64,000 nucleotides of DNA from the IMG/VR virus record IMGVR_UViG_3300028886_000082, positions 1 through 64,000 of that record; one strand, 5' to 3'. The notes beneath the pieces were generated by a model, which worked only from the letters and a program-made list of their open reading frames with translations, was not told the DNA's origin and did not search any database. The stretch is from a virus. Its lineage: Duplodnaviria; Caudoviricetes. The number at the start of each line of letters is the position of its first letter. Position 1 is the first letter of the stretch. Made by a program: the position numbers and the translations under genes. Shown in pieces: positions 57,601 to 64,000 of this stretch.

Positions 57601-60600
57601 GCTGGGCTGACCTTCATACAGCTTCACTATCTTCTGAAACTTCTTTTCGTCCGTCAATCCTTCCTTGTTGGCTATCTCTCTGGCAAGGCTTACAACCTCT
57701 GTCTCAATCAGCTCCTGTAGGTCTGTATCTGAAAGGTTCTCAATCCCAAGTTCCTTTGCAATCTGCTTATAGACACTAAGTGGCTTTGGCTGGTCGCCCC
57801 AATTCATAATGCCCTGCAACTTGGCGCGTATCTTCTTGCTCAGTTGTTCAATCTTATACTGCCTATCTGCAAACTCTGCCGAGTCGCCTTCCAGCTCACT
57901 CGCTGGTTTCTGCTGCAAAGATAAGTCTTTTTCCGGCTCGTTGTCCTCCTTTTTGTTATCGTTCACAGTCTGGTCGGCAGGCTTAGTATTATTTAACCTT
58001 TCAGCATGCTCGCTGAGCCTCATGCGCTGTCCGTCAACGGTGTATTTCTGATTCCATACCTCATTGACAAACTCACCGATGATTGCATCATCCCAACCAA
58101 GAACCTCTCTCAGTTTTGCACCGATGGATTCAGACATCTTCTTACTCCATGCCTGCACGTCATGCACGCCACTCTTGATATAGGCATAGCCTACCTTTGA
58201 AGCCAGTCGGAGCAAGTCTTTCAGGAACATACGCTGCGCATCGTTTGTAAGCGTAAAGGCATCGAGCAAGCTGGCCTGCGCCTTGTCGTTACCCTCCAAG
58301 CCCTTGCGCATGAACTTGTCAAGCACATTGGATCCCTTGGCATTATCTAAGAAGTCGTTGAACTCCTTCAAGGCATCGTCAATGTCCTTCTGGTCTTTGG
58401 ATTTCTGCTGCTCTCTGCGGAAATCTCCTGCTGCACGCTCGATTGCCTCCATTGGGTCACTCTCACCACGCAACCGAGATGATGTTACCTCATAAAATGT
58501 TTTTGTGTATGAACCTTTTGCACGGGAACTAATATATTCTTCTGATAGATCAAGAAACTGCTTTGCGAGAATCTTATCTGCTTCTGGAACATTGCTTGAC
58601 TCAATTTCTTCAACCGTAAGAGGATGCTCTTTTATATATTGTTCTCGCCAATTTAAAATTGAAGCGTTTGAAGAAGCCTCTGCTGGCTTCGCCTTCTGCG
58701 CTCTCTCATAAATCTGGTCGTAGTAGAAACGGGAGATAACGCTATCCTCGCCATTGAGGAAGTCGATGGCATTCAGCTTCTCGTCCTCATTGGCTTCTGT
58801 GTCAGCCATAATCTGCTCTTCCGTCAGAGGATGGCTTGCAAGATAATCTTCACGGCTCTGCGTCTTAGGCTGCTCTTCGGTATCAATCTTAGTCTGCCTG
58901 CGATAGTTATCCAAGGCACCACGGATGCGACTATTGCGCTCTTCAATGGATTGCAGTCGGTTAAGCTTGTTGGTGGCTTCCTGCAGTTTCTCACGCTGTG
59001 CAGCGGTTCTGTGCTCTACTCCCTCTGCAGAGGTATCAAGTCCCATTTCCTCTTGTGAGAAGATGGCATCAGGTTCTGCAAAGGTCTCGTCGTTGGCAAA
59101 CAGGTCTGTTGCACGCTCGCTTTCCTTTGCCCGTGCCTTTTCAAGTTCTGTACGCGCTTTATTGGCATCTTCTACTGCATCACCAATCTCTTGCTGCAAC
59201 TGCGCAAGTACATTGGCAATGATCTGTTCCTCCTCTGCATTTCGAGGCTGGAGATACGGGTCTTCTACTGATTCAGGACTTCTTTGGCCTTCTGGCTCAT
59301 TTGTTCCTTCTGCTGCTGGAGTCTCTGCGCTTTCTCCATCCTGCATTTCGTCACGAAGTCCTTCATTGTCGGTATCGGATAATTCTTCTGTTTCATTATA
59401 TGCATGTTTAAATTGTTCAAGATTCTCTCTCAATGATTCTGGTGTAACTGCACCAGAGAATACGATAAGCGTGTCTGTTGCGTCATTATATACGATGCCC
59501 ATTTCAAATGCATTGCTTCGAACTGTATTGACATCCTCTTCGCTAACAAATGCACCATCAAATACCTCAGATGCAAAGTCTATCCAATCGCCGTCGGTCA
59601 TCTGGTCTGTGTCAACCATTCTGACTGCAGGCATACCGCCATCCTGCGATACTTCCCTTATAACTGCCCAAAGAGCATTAATCGGGTTTTCTGGTATATC
59701 AACTCCATCTTCAGGTCTTGCGAACGGAAGGCTAGCTTCTATCTGTGCCTGCTCTTCATCTGTGATTGGCGCAACCTCTTCCGTTGGATTTTGTGCCTCT
59801 TCTTCAGCTCTCTGCCTTTGTTCCTGCAAAGCGGCCTCTGCTTTGGCAATTCGACTATTGAGGGCATAATCCACGACATCACTCTTGCTCTGTGCTGATT
59901 TGATAAGATCAAGCAAGGCCTCCTTGATTTCCTCGGTAGTGAATCTTGGATTGCCATCAGCTCCCATATTTTCCTCACTCTGCCAGACCATGTGAACGAA
60001 CTCGTCAATACCGATACCTTCGCCATTCTTGGCAAGTAGGGTCTCAATGTACTTGGTGTCGCCACCAATCCTACGAGTCCAACCCAGCTCCTTCTGCAGT
60101 CCACGTTTACCATTGACATCTTCCCATGCAAGGTTACGCTTACGGCCTACCCACATGGAAGCAAGTTCGAATGCGTCTTCTGCTTTCGTGAAGTCATCAT
60201 CAAACAACTCACCATACTTTGCCTTGGCCTCCGCAATCCGCTGCTGCTTCTGTTCCTCGACGGTGAGATTCGACTGCGAAGATACGGGTTTTTCCTTAAC
60301 AATAGGCGCTTCTGGCTGAACATTTACGGTTTCTTCACTTTTGGCAGGTGCTTCCGGCTGATTCATCTCTGCCCAGCGTGCCTTTACATTATTATAATAG
60401 TCTATGGTTGCCTGGGCCTTCTTTCGCTTCTCAATATCTAAGCGGGTTTTAACCTGCTTATTATTTATCTTGTCGATAACCTCTTGAGCCTCAGCGATTG
60501 ACGCATTAGATATTTCGTTCACATCATCGCCATCGTTCTGAATGTCGGCAATGGCATCATCTACCGCAATGCCATTCTCATAGCGTTTGATTCCGTCCTT

Positions 60601-63600
60601 GTCTATCACGCTCTCGATGGTCACGGCTGGCTGCTGAGGCTGTGCAGCATCTTCTTGTGCAGCCTCAACAGAAGGGGCTGGCTGTGCTTCGTTTGCTCCA
60701 GTGACACTATTTGCACCTGCCTCTGCACTAGCCTGTCCCTCTGATGGCTGTTCTTGTAATGGTTGGTTTGTGGCTATAATCGGGCTCCATGCTTCCTGTA
60801 ATCTTGTGCGTTCCGCTTCTTCAAACTGGGCAGCAGGGATTACGTTTGGCATAAGGCTATAACCATCTGTCTCGTTCAGCTGAACAAAGCTACCATCTAA
60901 ATCCATTCCGATGATAAGTCCAGAGTTGGAGCCCGTGATACGCCCAGTTGCGGGATCTGTAGTTATATTACCCGAAACAAGATAATATTCATTCGTTCCG
61001 TCGGAAATCGTGTAGATATTACCAAGGTCTGCATTTCCGTTAATGGTTCCCTTCATTGTGTGGCGCTGGGTAGAGTCTGCGGCTTCTTCGTCTATCTTGT
61101 TTCCCATCTGATTGACAAACGCCTCATACTGGGCCTTCTGATTGTAGTAGTCAATCATCGCCTGCTGTTCAATTGGTAGGAAAGTTTCCAGACGAGAAAG
61201 TATTTCCTGATGAGACAGACCTTCCCATTCCATACGAGTAACTTCCTGCTTCAGTTCTTCGTTGGAATCAAATGCAATGCGGCGTTTGCCTTGCGCCTCC
61301 ATCCACTTCGCCTTTATTTCTGATCCTGCTTCAGGGTTTGGATTCTCAATTTCTAGGGATGCATTATCCGCTTCCTTCTGTCCGTCCTCCGCACTTTGTT
61401 CCTCATGGAGCATAGTGTTGTCATAGACGGTATTATGAACTGCCTTTGCAAAGCCAGTGACTAGTTGTTGCTCTACGTCCGTCCGCTCCATTGATGGTTT
61501 AGAGAGAGCTTCTTCCATTACCGATGGTTCCACTCCAACCTCAACACTATAGTCAATAAGCATCTTGTCGTAATCAAAGCCACCGTTTGGTCTGGACTTC
61601 ATCACGCTTATGTCTGCGTTCAGGTCGTTGTCGAAGCGTGTCTGCTGTGCCTCATAAAGACCAGCTTCCATATCATCCCTATTTTCGTAGTCATGATGGG
61701 CTATCACGTTTCCGTTCTCGTCAAGCTCATCAAATGAATTACCGCTAACACGATAGCTAGCCACTCTTGGAGTGATGTCTGCCACACGGGATGCCGAAAG
61801 CACGGTTCCTATATTATATCCACGCAGGTTGATAAGGTCTTGCGCATAAAACATCACGGCCTCTTTTTCCTGGTCTGACAGTTGGCCTTGGCGCACAAGC
61901 TGATTGATGACGTTGCCTATGTTGGCGTTGGTAGAACCATCAAGCATAGATTTGATGGTGTTGTACCTATCTATATCGGCCAACGTTTCTTCCAGTCTGT
62001 TGTCGCTCTGGTTAAGGTTGTATTTATATCCATAGTAGTGAGCCCGACCATATCCACTTGCAACCATCTGAGGCGCACGGAGCAATGCACCTGTCAGTCC
62101 TACGGTTGCCCATGTGTTAAGCTGAGTATCAAGGTCGGTGATACTCTCTGCGTTTGGATCGAACTCGCCACCAGTGATTGAGTTAAGTATAGATGTGCGG
62201 AGCATACCGTACTCTTCTTCCATACCTTCACCGAATACACTCTGAATACCCATGAAGTCAAGTGCTTTCTCACCGCCTCTCCAGAACTTGTTGCTTGTAA
62301 TCTTCTTCAAAAGTTCACCACCAACCTTGTTTCTGATAACACGTCCAAGCATACCTGGTATGATGTCAAATGCAGGGCCTACAAGTTCGGAAGCATTCTC
62401 GCCTGGATTTTTCAACTCACCATAAAGGATTGCTTTGCCCAAGTCCTCGCTGTCACGCATTGAAAGTTTTCCTTCTTTGTCAACTGACAACGTTCCGATG
62501 CTCCGGTTTGCTATATCAGAGAAAGTCTTTGCCACACCGACAGTATTGGCTTGCATGGCTCCACCTATTTCAGCACCTGCAGCCAGACCTCCGAACTTAG
62601 TACCATACTGCATAGTCTTTGTGAGAGCTTTGCCTGCAAGTCCGAGGTTTTTGGTAAGATACTTAGCCATTCCACTTTCGGCAATCTTCAAACCTCCCTT
62701 AGTTCCCAGACGATAACCCGCCTTTGCTACATTAGCAAAACCACCTCCAGTAACGGCAAAGTCCTTCATGAAGTCAAGCGTCTGTCCGAATCCTTGTCCG
62801 GTTGTGTATAGCCATCCACGGTTATTGTTAAGCGTCTGCGCTTCTTGGTTCATCAGATAGTTGCGCACAAACAACTTTTCGTTGTTGGTAAGGTTAGGCA
62901 CTCCGCCATTGGCAGCATCTATCTTCTTGGATATGGAATCAAGAAGTTTCATGTCGGCTGCATCGCTCAACCCGAAACTCAGGCTTGAATCGTCTGTAAG
63001 AACATCTGCAGTACCCTGCCAGAATCCTGCATTGTCTCTTTCTGCCTCCAAAGCCTTGATGCGACGTTCGAGCATTCTCCTTGCAGATAGTATGTAGTCT
63101 TGCTGTTGGGCATTATCCATGTCGCCGCTTGCAAGTCCAGAACCACCGGCAAGCCCCATTCCTCTAGCAAGACGTGCAGCCTGTCCCAGTCTTCCCTTAT
63201 CTATTTCTACATCCAAGGCTTCAAGTTCTGCGTATGCATTCTTGATCCTTTCGTTGATGTCTTTGTCACTCTCACCAGTTATATCACCAATGCCAAGCTT
63301 TTCCATGTTTTCCTTGAACTGAGCCATCTCGCCCTGATAGTCCATGAAGTCCTGCATATTGCTTGCTTCTCCAGGGTTGGTATAGCTTTTTCCGTCGGTG
63401 GTCATGTAGGTGTCTTCGAATTGGCCAGTCTCTGCATTGAAGGATTTCTGTCCCTTTCTGAGATTCTTGTTGAACACTAACCCGGTCTGACCGTCTCCAA
63501 CAGGAGAAGCGTTCTTTCTGTTTTTCTCCTGCTCATCTATGCCTTTTGTGACATTCTTTGCTGTGTTCTGTGCGGAATTCATTGTCATGCCAAACCCCAT

Positions 63601-63912
63601 AAGCTCCTGCTCCGTAGGCTTGTAGGGCCCAGACTGGTTTTTTTGAGGTTGAGGAGTTGGCTCTTGGGCAGTTACCGTTGGTTGTTCCACCTGCGGTTGT
63701 GTCGGCTGAGGTGCGGGCTGCTTGGGTTGTTGTCCTTCAAGAACTGCATCAGGGTATTTCTTTAGAAATCCATCACGCTTACTTAATGGGATGCCATAGG
63801 TCTTCCCGTTAGCTTGATAGTTTACCGTTGCATTAGGATTATCTTTCTCAAAGTTTGATGCTACATTGTCGGGAATATTATAGGTTTTCCCATTAAGTTT
63901 GTATATCGGCAT
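48643..63912 (-). CDS. Giant polyvalent protein (DarB-like): N6-adenine MTase, Strawberry-notch-type SF2 helicase, zincin HExxH, LPD38-like C-terminus
   Basis: 5089 aa; LEPSAGNG and TNPPF (~aa 2140-2200), GDQTGIGKGR (~2560), MDESH (~2720), LNRSAGTGISLHA (~3070), WHEQTH (~3820). Confidence 0.85.
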   Translation of the reverse strand: MPIYKLNGKTYNIPDNVASNFEKDNPNATVNYQANGKTYGIPLSKRDGFLKKYPDAVLEGQQPKQPAPQPTQPQVEQPTVTAQEPTPQPQKNQSGPYKPTEQELMGFGMTMNSAQNTAKNVTKGIDEQEKNRKNASPVGDGQTGLVFNKNLRKGQKSFNAETGQFEDTYMTTDGKSYTNPGEASNMQDFMDYQGEMAQFKENMEKLGIGDITGESDKDINERIKNAYAELEALDVEIDKGRLGQAARLARGMGLAGGSGLASGDMDNAQQQDYILSARRMLERRIKALEAERDNAGFWQGTADVLTDDSSLSFGLSDAADMKLLDSISKKIDAANGGVPNLTNNEKLFVRNYLMNQEAQTLNNNRGWLYTTGQGFGQTLDFMKDFAVTGGGFANVAKAGYRLGTKGGLKIAESGMAKYLTKNLGLAGKALTKTMQYGTKFGGLAAGAEIGGAMQANTVGVAKTFSDIANRSIGTLSVDKEGKLSMRDSEDLGKAILYGELKNPGENASELVGPAFDIIPGMLGRVIRNKVGGELLKKITSNKFWRGGEKALDFMGIQSVFGEGMEEEYGMLRTSILNSITGGEFDPNAESITDLDTQLNTWATVGLTGALLRAPQMVASGYGRAHYYGYKYNLNQSDNRLEETLADIDRYNTIKSMLDGSTNANIGNVINQLVRQGQLSDQEKEAVMFYAQDLINLRGYNIGTVLSASRVADITPRVASYRVSGNSFDELDENGNVIAHHDYENRDDMEAGLYEAQQTRFDNDLNADISVMKSRPNGGFDYDKMLIDYSVEVGVEPSVMEEALSKPSMERTDVEQQLVTGFAKAVHNTVYDNTMLHEEQSAEDGQKEADNASLEIENPNPEAGSEIKAKWMEAQGKRRIAFDSNEELKQEVTRMEWEGLSHQEILSRLETFLPIEQQAMIDYYNQKAQYEAFVNQMGNKIDEEAADSTQRHTMKGTINGNADLGNIYTISDGTNEYYLVSGNITTDPATGRITGSNSGLIIGMDLDGSFVQLNETDGYSLMPNVIPAAQFEEAERTRLQEAWSPIIATNQPLQEQPSEGQASAEAGANSVTGANEAQPAPSVEAAQEDAAQPQQPAVTIESVIDKDGIKRYENGIAVDDAIADIQNDGDDVNEISNASIAEAQEVIDKINNKQVKTRLDIEKRKKAQATIDYYNNVKARWAEMNQPEAPAKSEETVNVQPEAPIVKEKPVSSQSNLTVEEQKQQRIAEAKAKYGELFDDDFTKAEDAFELASMWVGRKRNLAWEDVNGKRGLQKELGWTRRIGGDTKYIETLLAKNGEGIGIDEFVHMVWQSEENMGADGNPRFTTEEIKEALLDLIKSAQSKSDVVDYALNSRIAKAEAALQEQRQRAEEEAQNPTEEVAPITDEEQAQIEASLPFARPEDGVDIPENPINALWAVIREVSQDGGMPAVRMVDTDQMTDGDWIDFASEVFDGAFVSEEDVNTVRSNAFEMGIVYNDATDTLIVFSGAVTPESLRENLEQFKHAYNETEELSDTDNEGLRDEMQDGESAETPAAEGTNEPEGQRSPESVEDPYLQPRNAEEEQIIANVLAQLQQEIGDAVEDANKARTELEKARAKESERATDLFANDETFAEPDAIFSQEEMGLDTSAEGVEHRTAAQREKLQEATNKLNRLQSIEERNSRIRGALDNYRRQTKIDTEEQPKTQSREDYLASHPLTEEQIMADTEANEDEKLNAIDFLNGEDSVISRFYYDQIYERAQKAKPAEASSNASILNWREQYIKEHPLTVEEIESSNVPEADKILAKQFLDLSEEYISSRAKGSYTKTFYEVTSSRLRGESDPMEAIERAAGDFRREQQKSKDQKDIDDALKEFNDFLDNAKGSNVLDKFMRKGLEGNDKAQASLLDAFTLTNDAQRMFLKDLLRLASKVGYAYIKSGVHDVQAWSKKMSESIGAKLREVLGWDDAIIGEFVNEVWNQKYTVDGQRMRLSEHAERLNNTKPADQTVNDNKKEDNEPEKDLSLQQKPASELEGDSAEFADRQYKIEQLSKKIRAKLQGIMNWGDQPKPLSVYKQIAKELGIENLSDTDLQELIETEVVSLAREIANKEGLTDEKKFQKIVKLYEGQPSLNARDNDRINKQQYSTPAPMAFLMGQFLSAGKKVESGLEPSAGNGMLTINLPKEKMHVNDIDEMRLSNLQKQGFGEVTSQDGLQSFGEKKFDVVVTNPPFGNVTPKVYDGIYEISGLEHQMALNALESMKDDGRAAIIIGGNTEYNQNGSIKGKDRAFLNYLYAHYNVVDVINMNGHELYSRQGTGFPVRMILINGRKEFNPRSFAPTIQKARAERVNSYDELFKRVNDDILSDSNKPTSVHDTESGKSGRVDDTSNAGASTETGVRNVQPAGSQKQPAGRTSNGSSVSGSSNATRGTDTTSQPAVDTRPTGVGSRTEASQPGRSTTEQAGEKRNEPGGNDTERPAATTDNSQRVGQRGAEPAQQPEQPAVKRGLGTEKVPYRKQSGNPFTLQSLMPAEQADVVKSALEELGDVDQFLVDELGYSSKEELHQALAAEQIDSVALAIHQMNQGNAFIIGDQTGIGKGRQAAALIRYGVKKGGFPVFITVKKALFSDMYRDLCDIGSPKLRPFIWSADDTEHSGNVTDKNGNVIYQTPNAKEQKRVVDYINKNGKLPPEYDYVLTTYDSFKSGTMDYDDGNKKARNFGKKKAGPVHINGQAKRDALETLAGNSYVIMDESHNAGGEGSNVSNYLQYITTKAKGLTFLSATFAKRPGNMPIYSLKTAISKAGVKVGELIDAVKRGGATFQEIMSKALTEAGQMIRRERDMTGVTIDWKGIEDEDIIQKQREQYDTIIGLFNDIIQFQRTYVDPIVNGLNDAAAEEQGEVDHTPGTRDMGINNTPFASRTYNMVQQVLLSLKAEEAAKRAIEHLKLGRKPVITVANTNEGAADEVAGADGESMEMPDLSVNLKKGLQGTMRITKKDAFGNTVNEMIPFDRLSEEGQKRYAEIMDAIENASSGLSLSPIDVIKNELKKAGYKVGELTGRKAEFVYNDDGTVKRVKRQDTDKKKIAADFNNGKLDALILNRSAGTGISLHASSTFKDQRQRIMIVAQAQGDVNDEVQIRGRIDRTGQVLRGMYEYVVSQIPSEQRLLMMLKAKLRSLDANTTSSQKSKFNEMQVQDIINKYGDDIVIQYLSEHVDLAMKMCDPLKWGEGAETLPAETLVSQAQKAQGDGATASKVLGRMALLTVKEQEKMLKEIGDLYQAEIDRLNEMGENDLEITEMPLRAKTLKKDVWEAGVEPGGKNPFADNSYVEEVEMDVLRKPMKAEEVKKSQTRLLGGKTWDEYKQGVLDKVDKWAEKKKAEATQTISERAEKKAEAEKEKYAKGAKKAQEKNGMTDAEIEKNSQYQYDTFYKQEMEKLQNALEAVDKQKQAFVDALETFSTDGVYALPTDIYDLSQLTFEPSFGKVIDINIKEDNYSTTASTITFATLDGRRKITIPISGMVKQNNGEKRDIKPIIVQQTAQTRNGMFGSNLANMQKVLEQNVDNWDKLTSTATRKKGHIITGNLLKALTSLRSQGKGGKLISYTTDTGEIRQGILMSDQFDPKALTSKNPISSAKNDLDDFEKDNKIVSADGDVTVKRGRYDWRNDAYGYTLQVPKSKKKGEKYFNDETLLSFVDGQFEGSTKMSADFPARNLDAILKRLDELGVTVESAKEDSDAPKRMITTSDPIEAINQAAESWRQSNGKTPTNSKLQEISDMVNSLASREDLKGSAPTYTINSPQDLEALKDKVSRRVYREIERLYSDPDNGAAYIPRAGIVVVFGEHLEDAKEAEAAWWHEQTHSFWQKMPEDVRRKFGEACYEWLRVNRPDIFNHITKPGNYERYDWFNESCAFLIGNVAIDSYGTEKFLNGNFVGNPEICNFANELRNHIKNGRQESTNAGNNQLRRIGEGEQTSATEVRGSSQQGQGRGDNVIRPEEESELPEDPIQAIEQSAKRWIKFRKEQKEGVKEIDKNSAKAVYHDRINRASTMMQEAAQDDMVTFKHGQNAIAKDKDIPDSQNAYQAMNLSYGRIYNQQEQFTDIYKRPLEETVYEVCRKMGWQTGDVDRYLFTKHGFERNRELFVRDWLKGQRRKNVTYDDLDDEQQEAYDKIAERLEEQFEDGDITEEQKNKKLDQALDKLWQEQLDKLENSYVEAKEQAYQDLMEGKKTFPEYLDAIDNFIHDNIDEEFDAEEHDASGFTEMFGEDFKEKDILDKLMNDEQKMGKELMDKMWSKINLCSQLGLDKYRESGMISDSTYKRVTNMFHFYVPMRGYSNDTSSEDHWQYMTVKDGASRLGGLLKNAAGRKSEAGYPLATLFAMTYKAISDGEQNMVKQKFYRLCQANPNDLVEINDTWAVLDPTTDEWVTDYPQINEDMKPQEVEARTKEFYERMNKLELEGKAKKVKSDAKFDYKVDKEHKREHIVEVMMNGNRKTMVVMGNPRMAQALNGQLRYKHGDGPLDSFIADAKYYMQSVSTSYNVTFLGRNMARDWTHFGAILMAREGGNYEKAAQGYYFEQLPKMISLFKKYREGKLDMRNEMERDFKDFMDSGGITGFVHMKKVEELQRDIQKMISTPGKVKKVGSAFWDKTLGALEAANEAIENNARFATYRASRHVAGRTKARSAYDAKEVTVNFNKRGAGKNTAGFKTEQKWVARTAKLAGNVSQILLANKMFFNATVQGICNIFRNIRNSDGSINKSYVGKLVGYYAIPPFALGMLMPVINDLLYGLAGGGDDDDPYANLPEWVRRKNLCIYTGWATGKKNDFLVIPMGQELAAFYTLGDMIAGNTLYPNLKPVDKDFMDEMIGFFNVFSPVDFETKVTSNYDPVHEVVGRVCSPLAPLVAVGENLSWTGRQIFRQDKYNGDEYTPEYQMTYGNTNSAYISLSKWLNDVSGGDDVHAGWAQINPGAMQYIFEQYAGGPGKFFMNTGSAIRDAYNVIFTDEEPDFNIRKIEFARAFWQQGDERTEIYRTKAKYHKYQQEANKFAHDFKGYMRDADTNPDHYMKAMEMASTNDAVRMEFVKRADKVLKQINTAANQSTGRDRKNLRALYNSQMQLVVEELDKIGQIE

Positions 63913-63916
63913 ATCT

Positions 63917-64000
63917 TTAGTCTATTATGTATGATTCGTAATCGTCCTCTTCTTCATCATCATCTGCACTGTTCGGATTGACGACATATTTAGCATAAGC
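63917..64000 (-). CDS. C-terminal fragment of the upstream gene (acidic tail)
   Basis: ...AYAKYVVNPNSADDDEEEDDYESYIID*, stop 4 nt before the giant ORF. Confidence 0.55.
   Translation of the reverse strand, partial: AYAKYVVNPNSADDDEEEDDYESYIID

Noticed and set aside
422-63480. Numerous antisense or alternate-frame ORFs in the track (e.g. 422-1069, 7739-8230, 26825-27364, 58925-59869)
   Set aside because: They are shadows of recognisable genes on the other strand or frame and show no motifs.
1-64000. Stop-codon recoding as the role of the odd tRNA-like RNAs
   Set aside because: Genes are full length in code 11, TAG is used as a real stop (18653-18655, 40653-40655), and neither RNA has a suppressor anticodon loop.

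Overview
This 64-kb window is most of a temperate Bacteroidales (Prevotella-like) tailed phage genome with a podovirus-like gene set. The host call rests on TAnnTTTG Bacteroidetes promoter boxes and protein families. From left to right: the end of an IS3-like element; a tyrosine integrase with an attP-like junction; a ~590-nt structured non-coding leader followed by RNase HI; a CI/antirepressor switch; a non-coding RNA cassette (tRNA-like RNA plus a textbook twister ribozyme); an early operon (NinG, HNH, SbcC-like ATPase, RecT, MBL hydrolase, NinB, SSB, a second tRNA-like RNA); an AT-rich accessory block ending in a membrane-anchored PAP2 phosphatase; replication genes; an uncharacterised seven-gene leftward cluster; a C4/CI-like small RNA; capsid and scaffold genes divergent from portal, ring proteins, a rhomboid protease, terminase and tail genes; and a 5089-aa polyvalent protein (MTase, Strawberry-notch helicase, zincin motif). 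The most notable observations are a phage rhomboid protease beside a major capsid protein with an N-terminal hydrophobic helix, the ribozyme/tRNA-like RNA cassette, the kissing-loop RNA plus RNase H module, and a conserved late-promoter palindrome. No database searches or folding programs were run. Family names come from motif recognition by eye, and structures from manual base-pairing.
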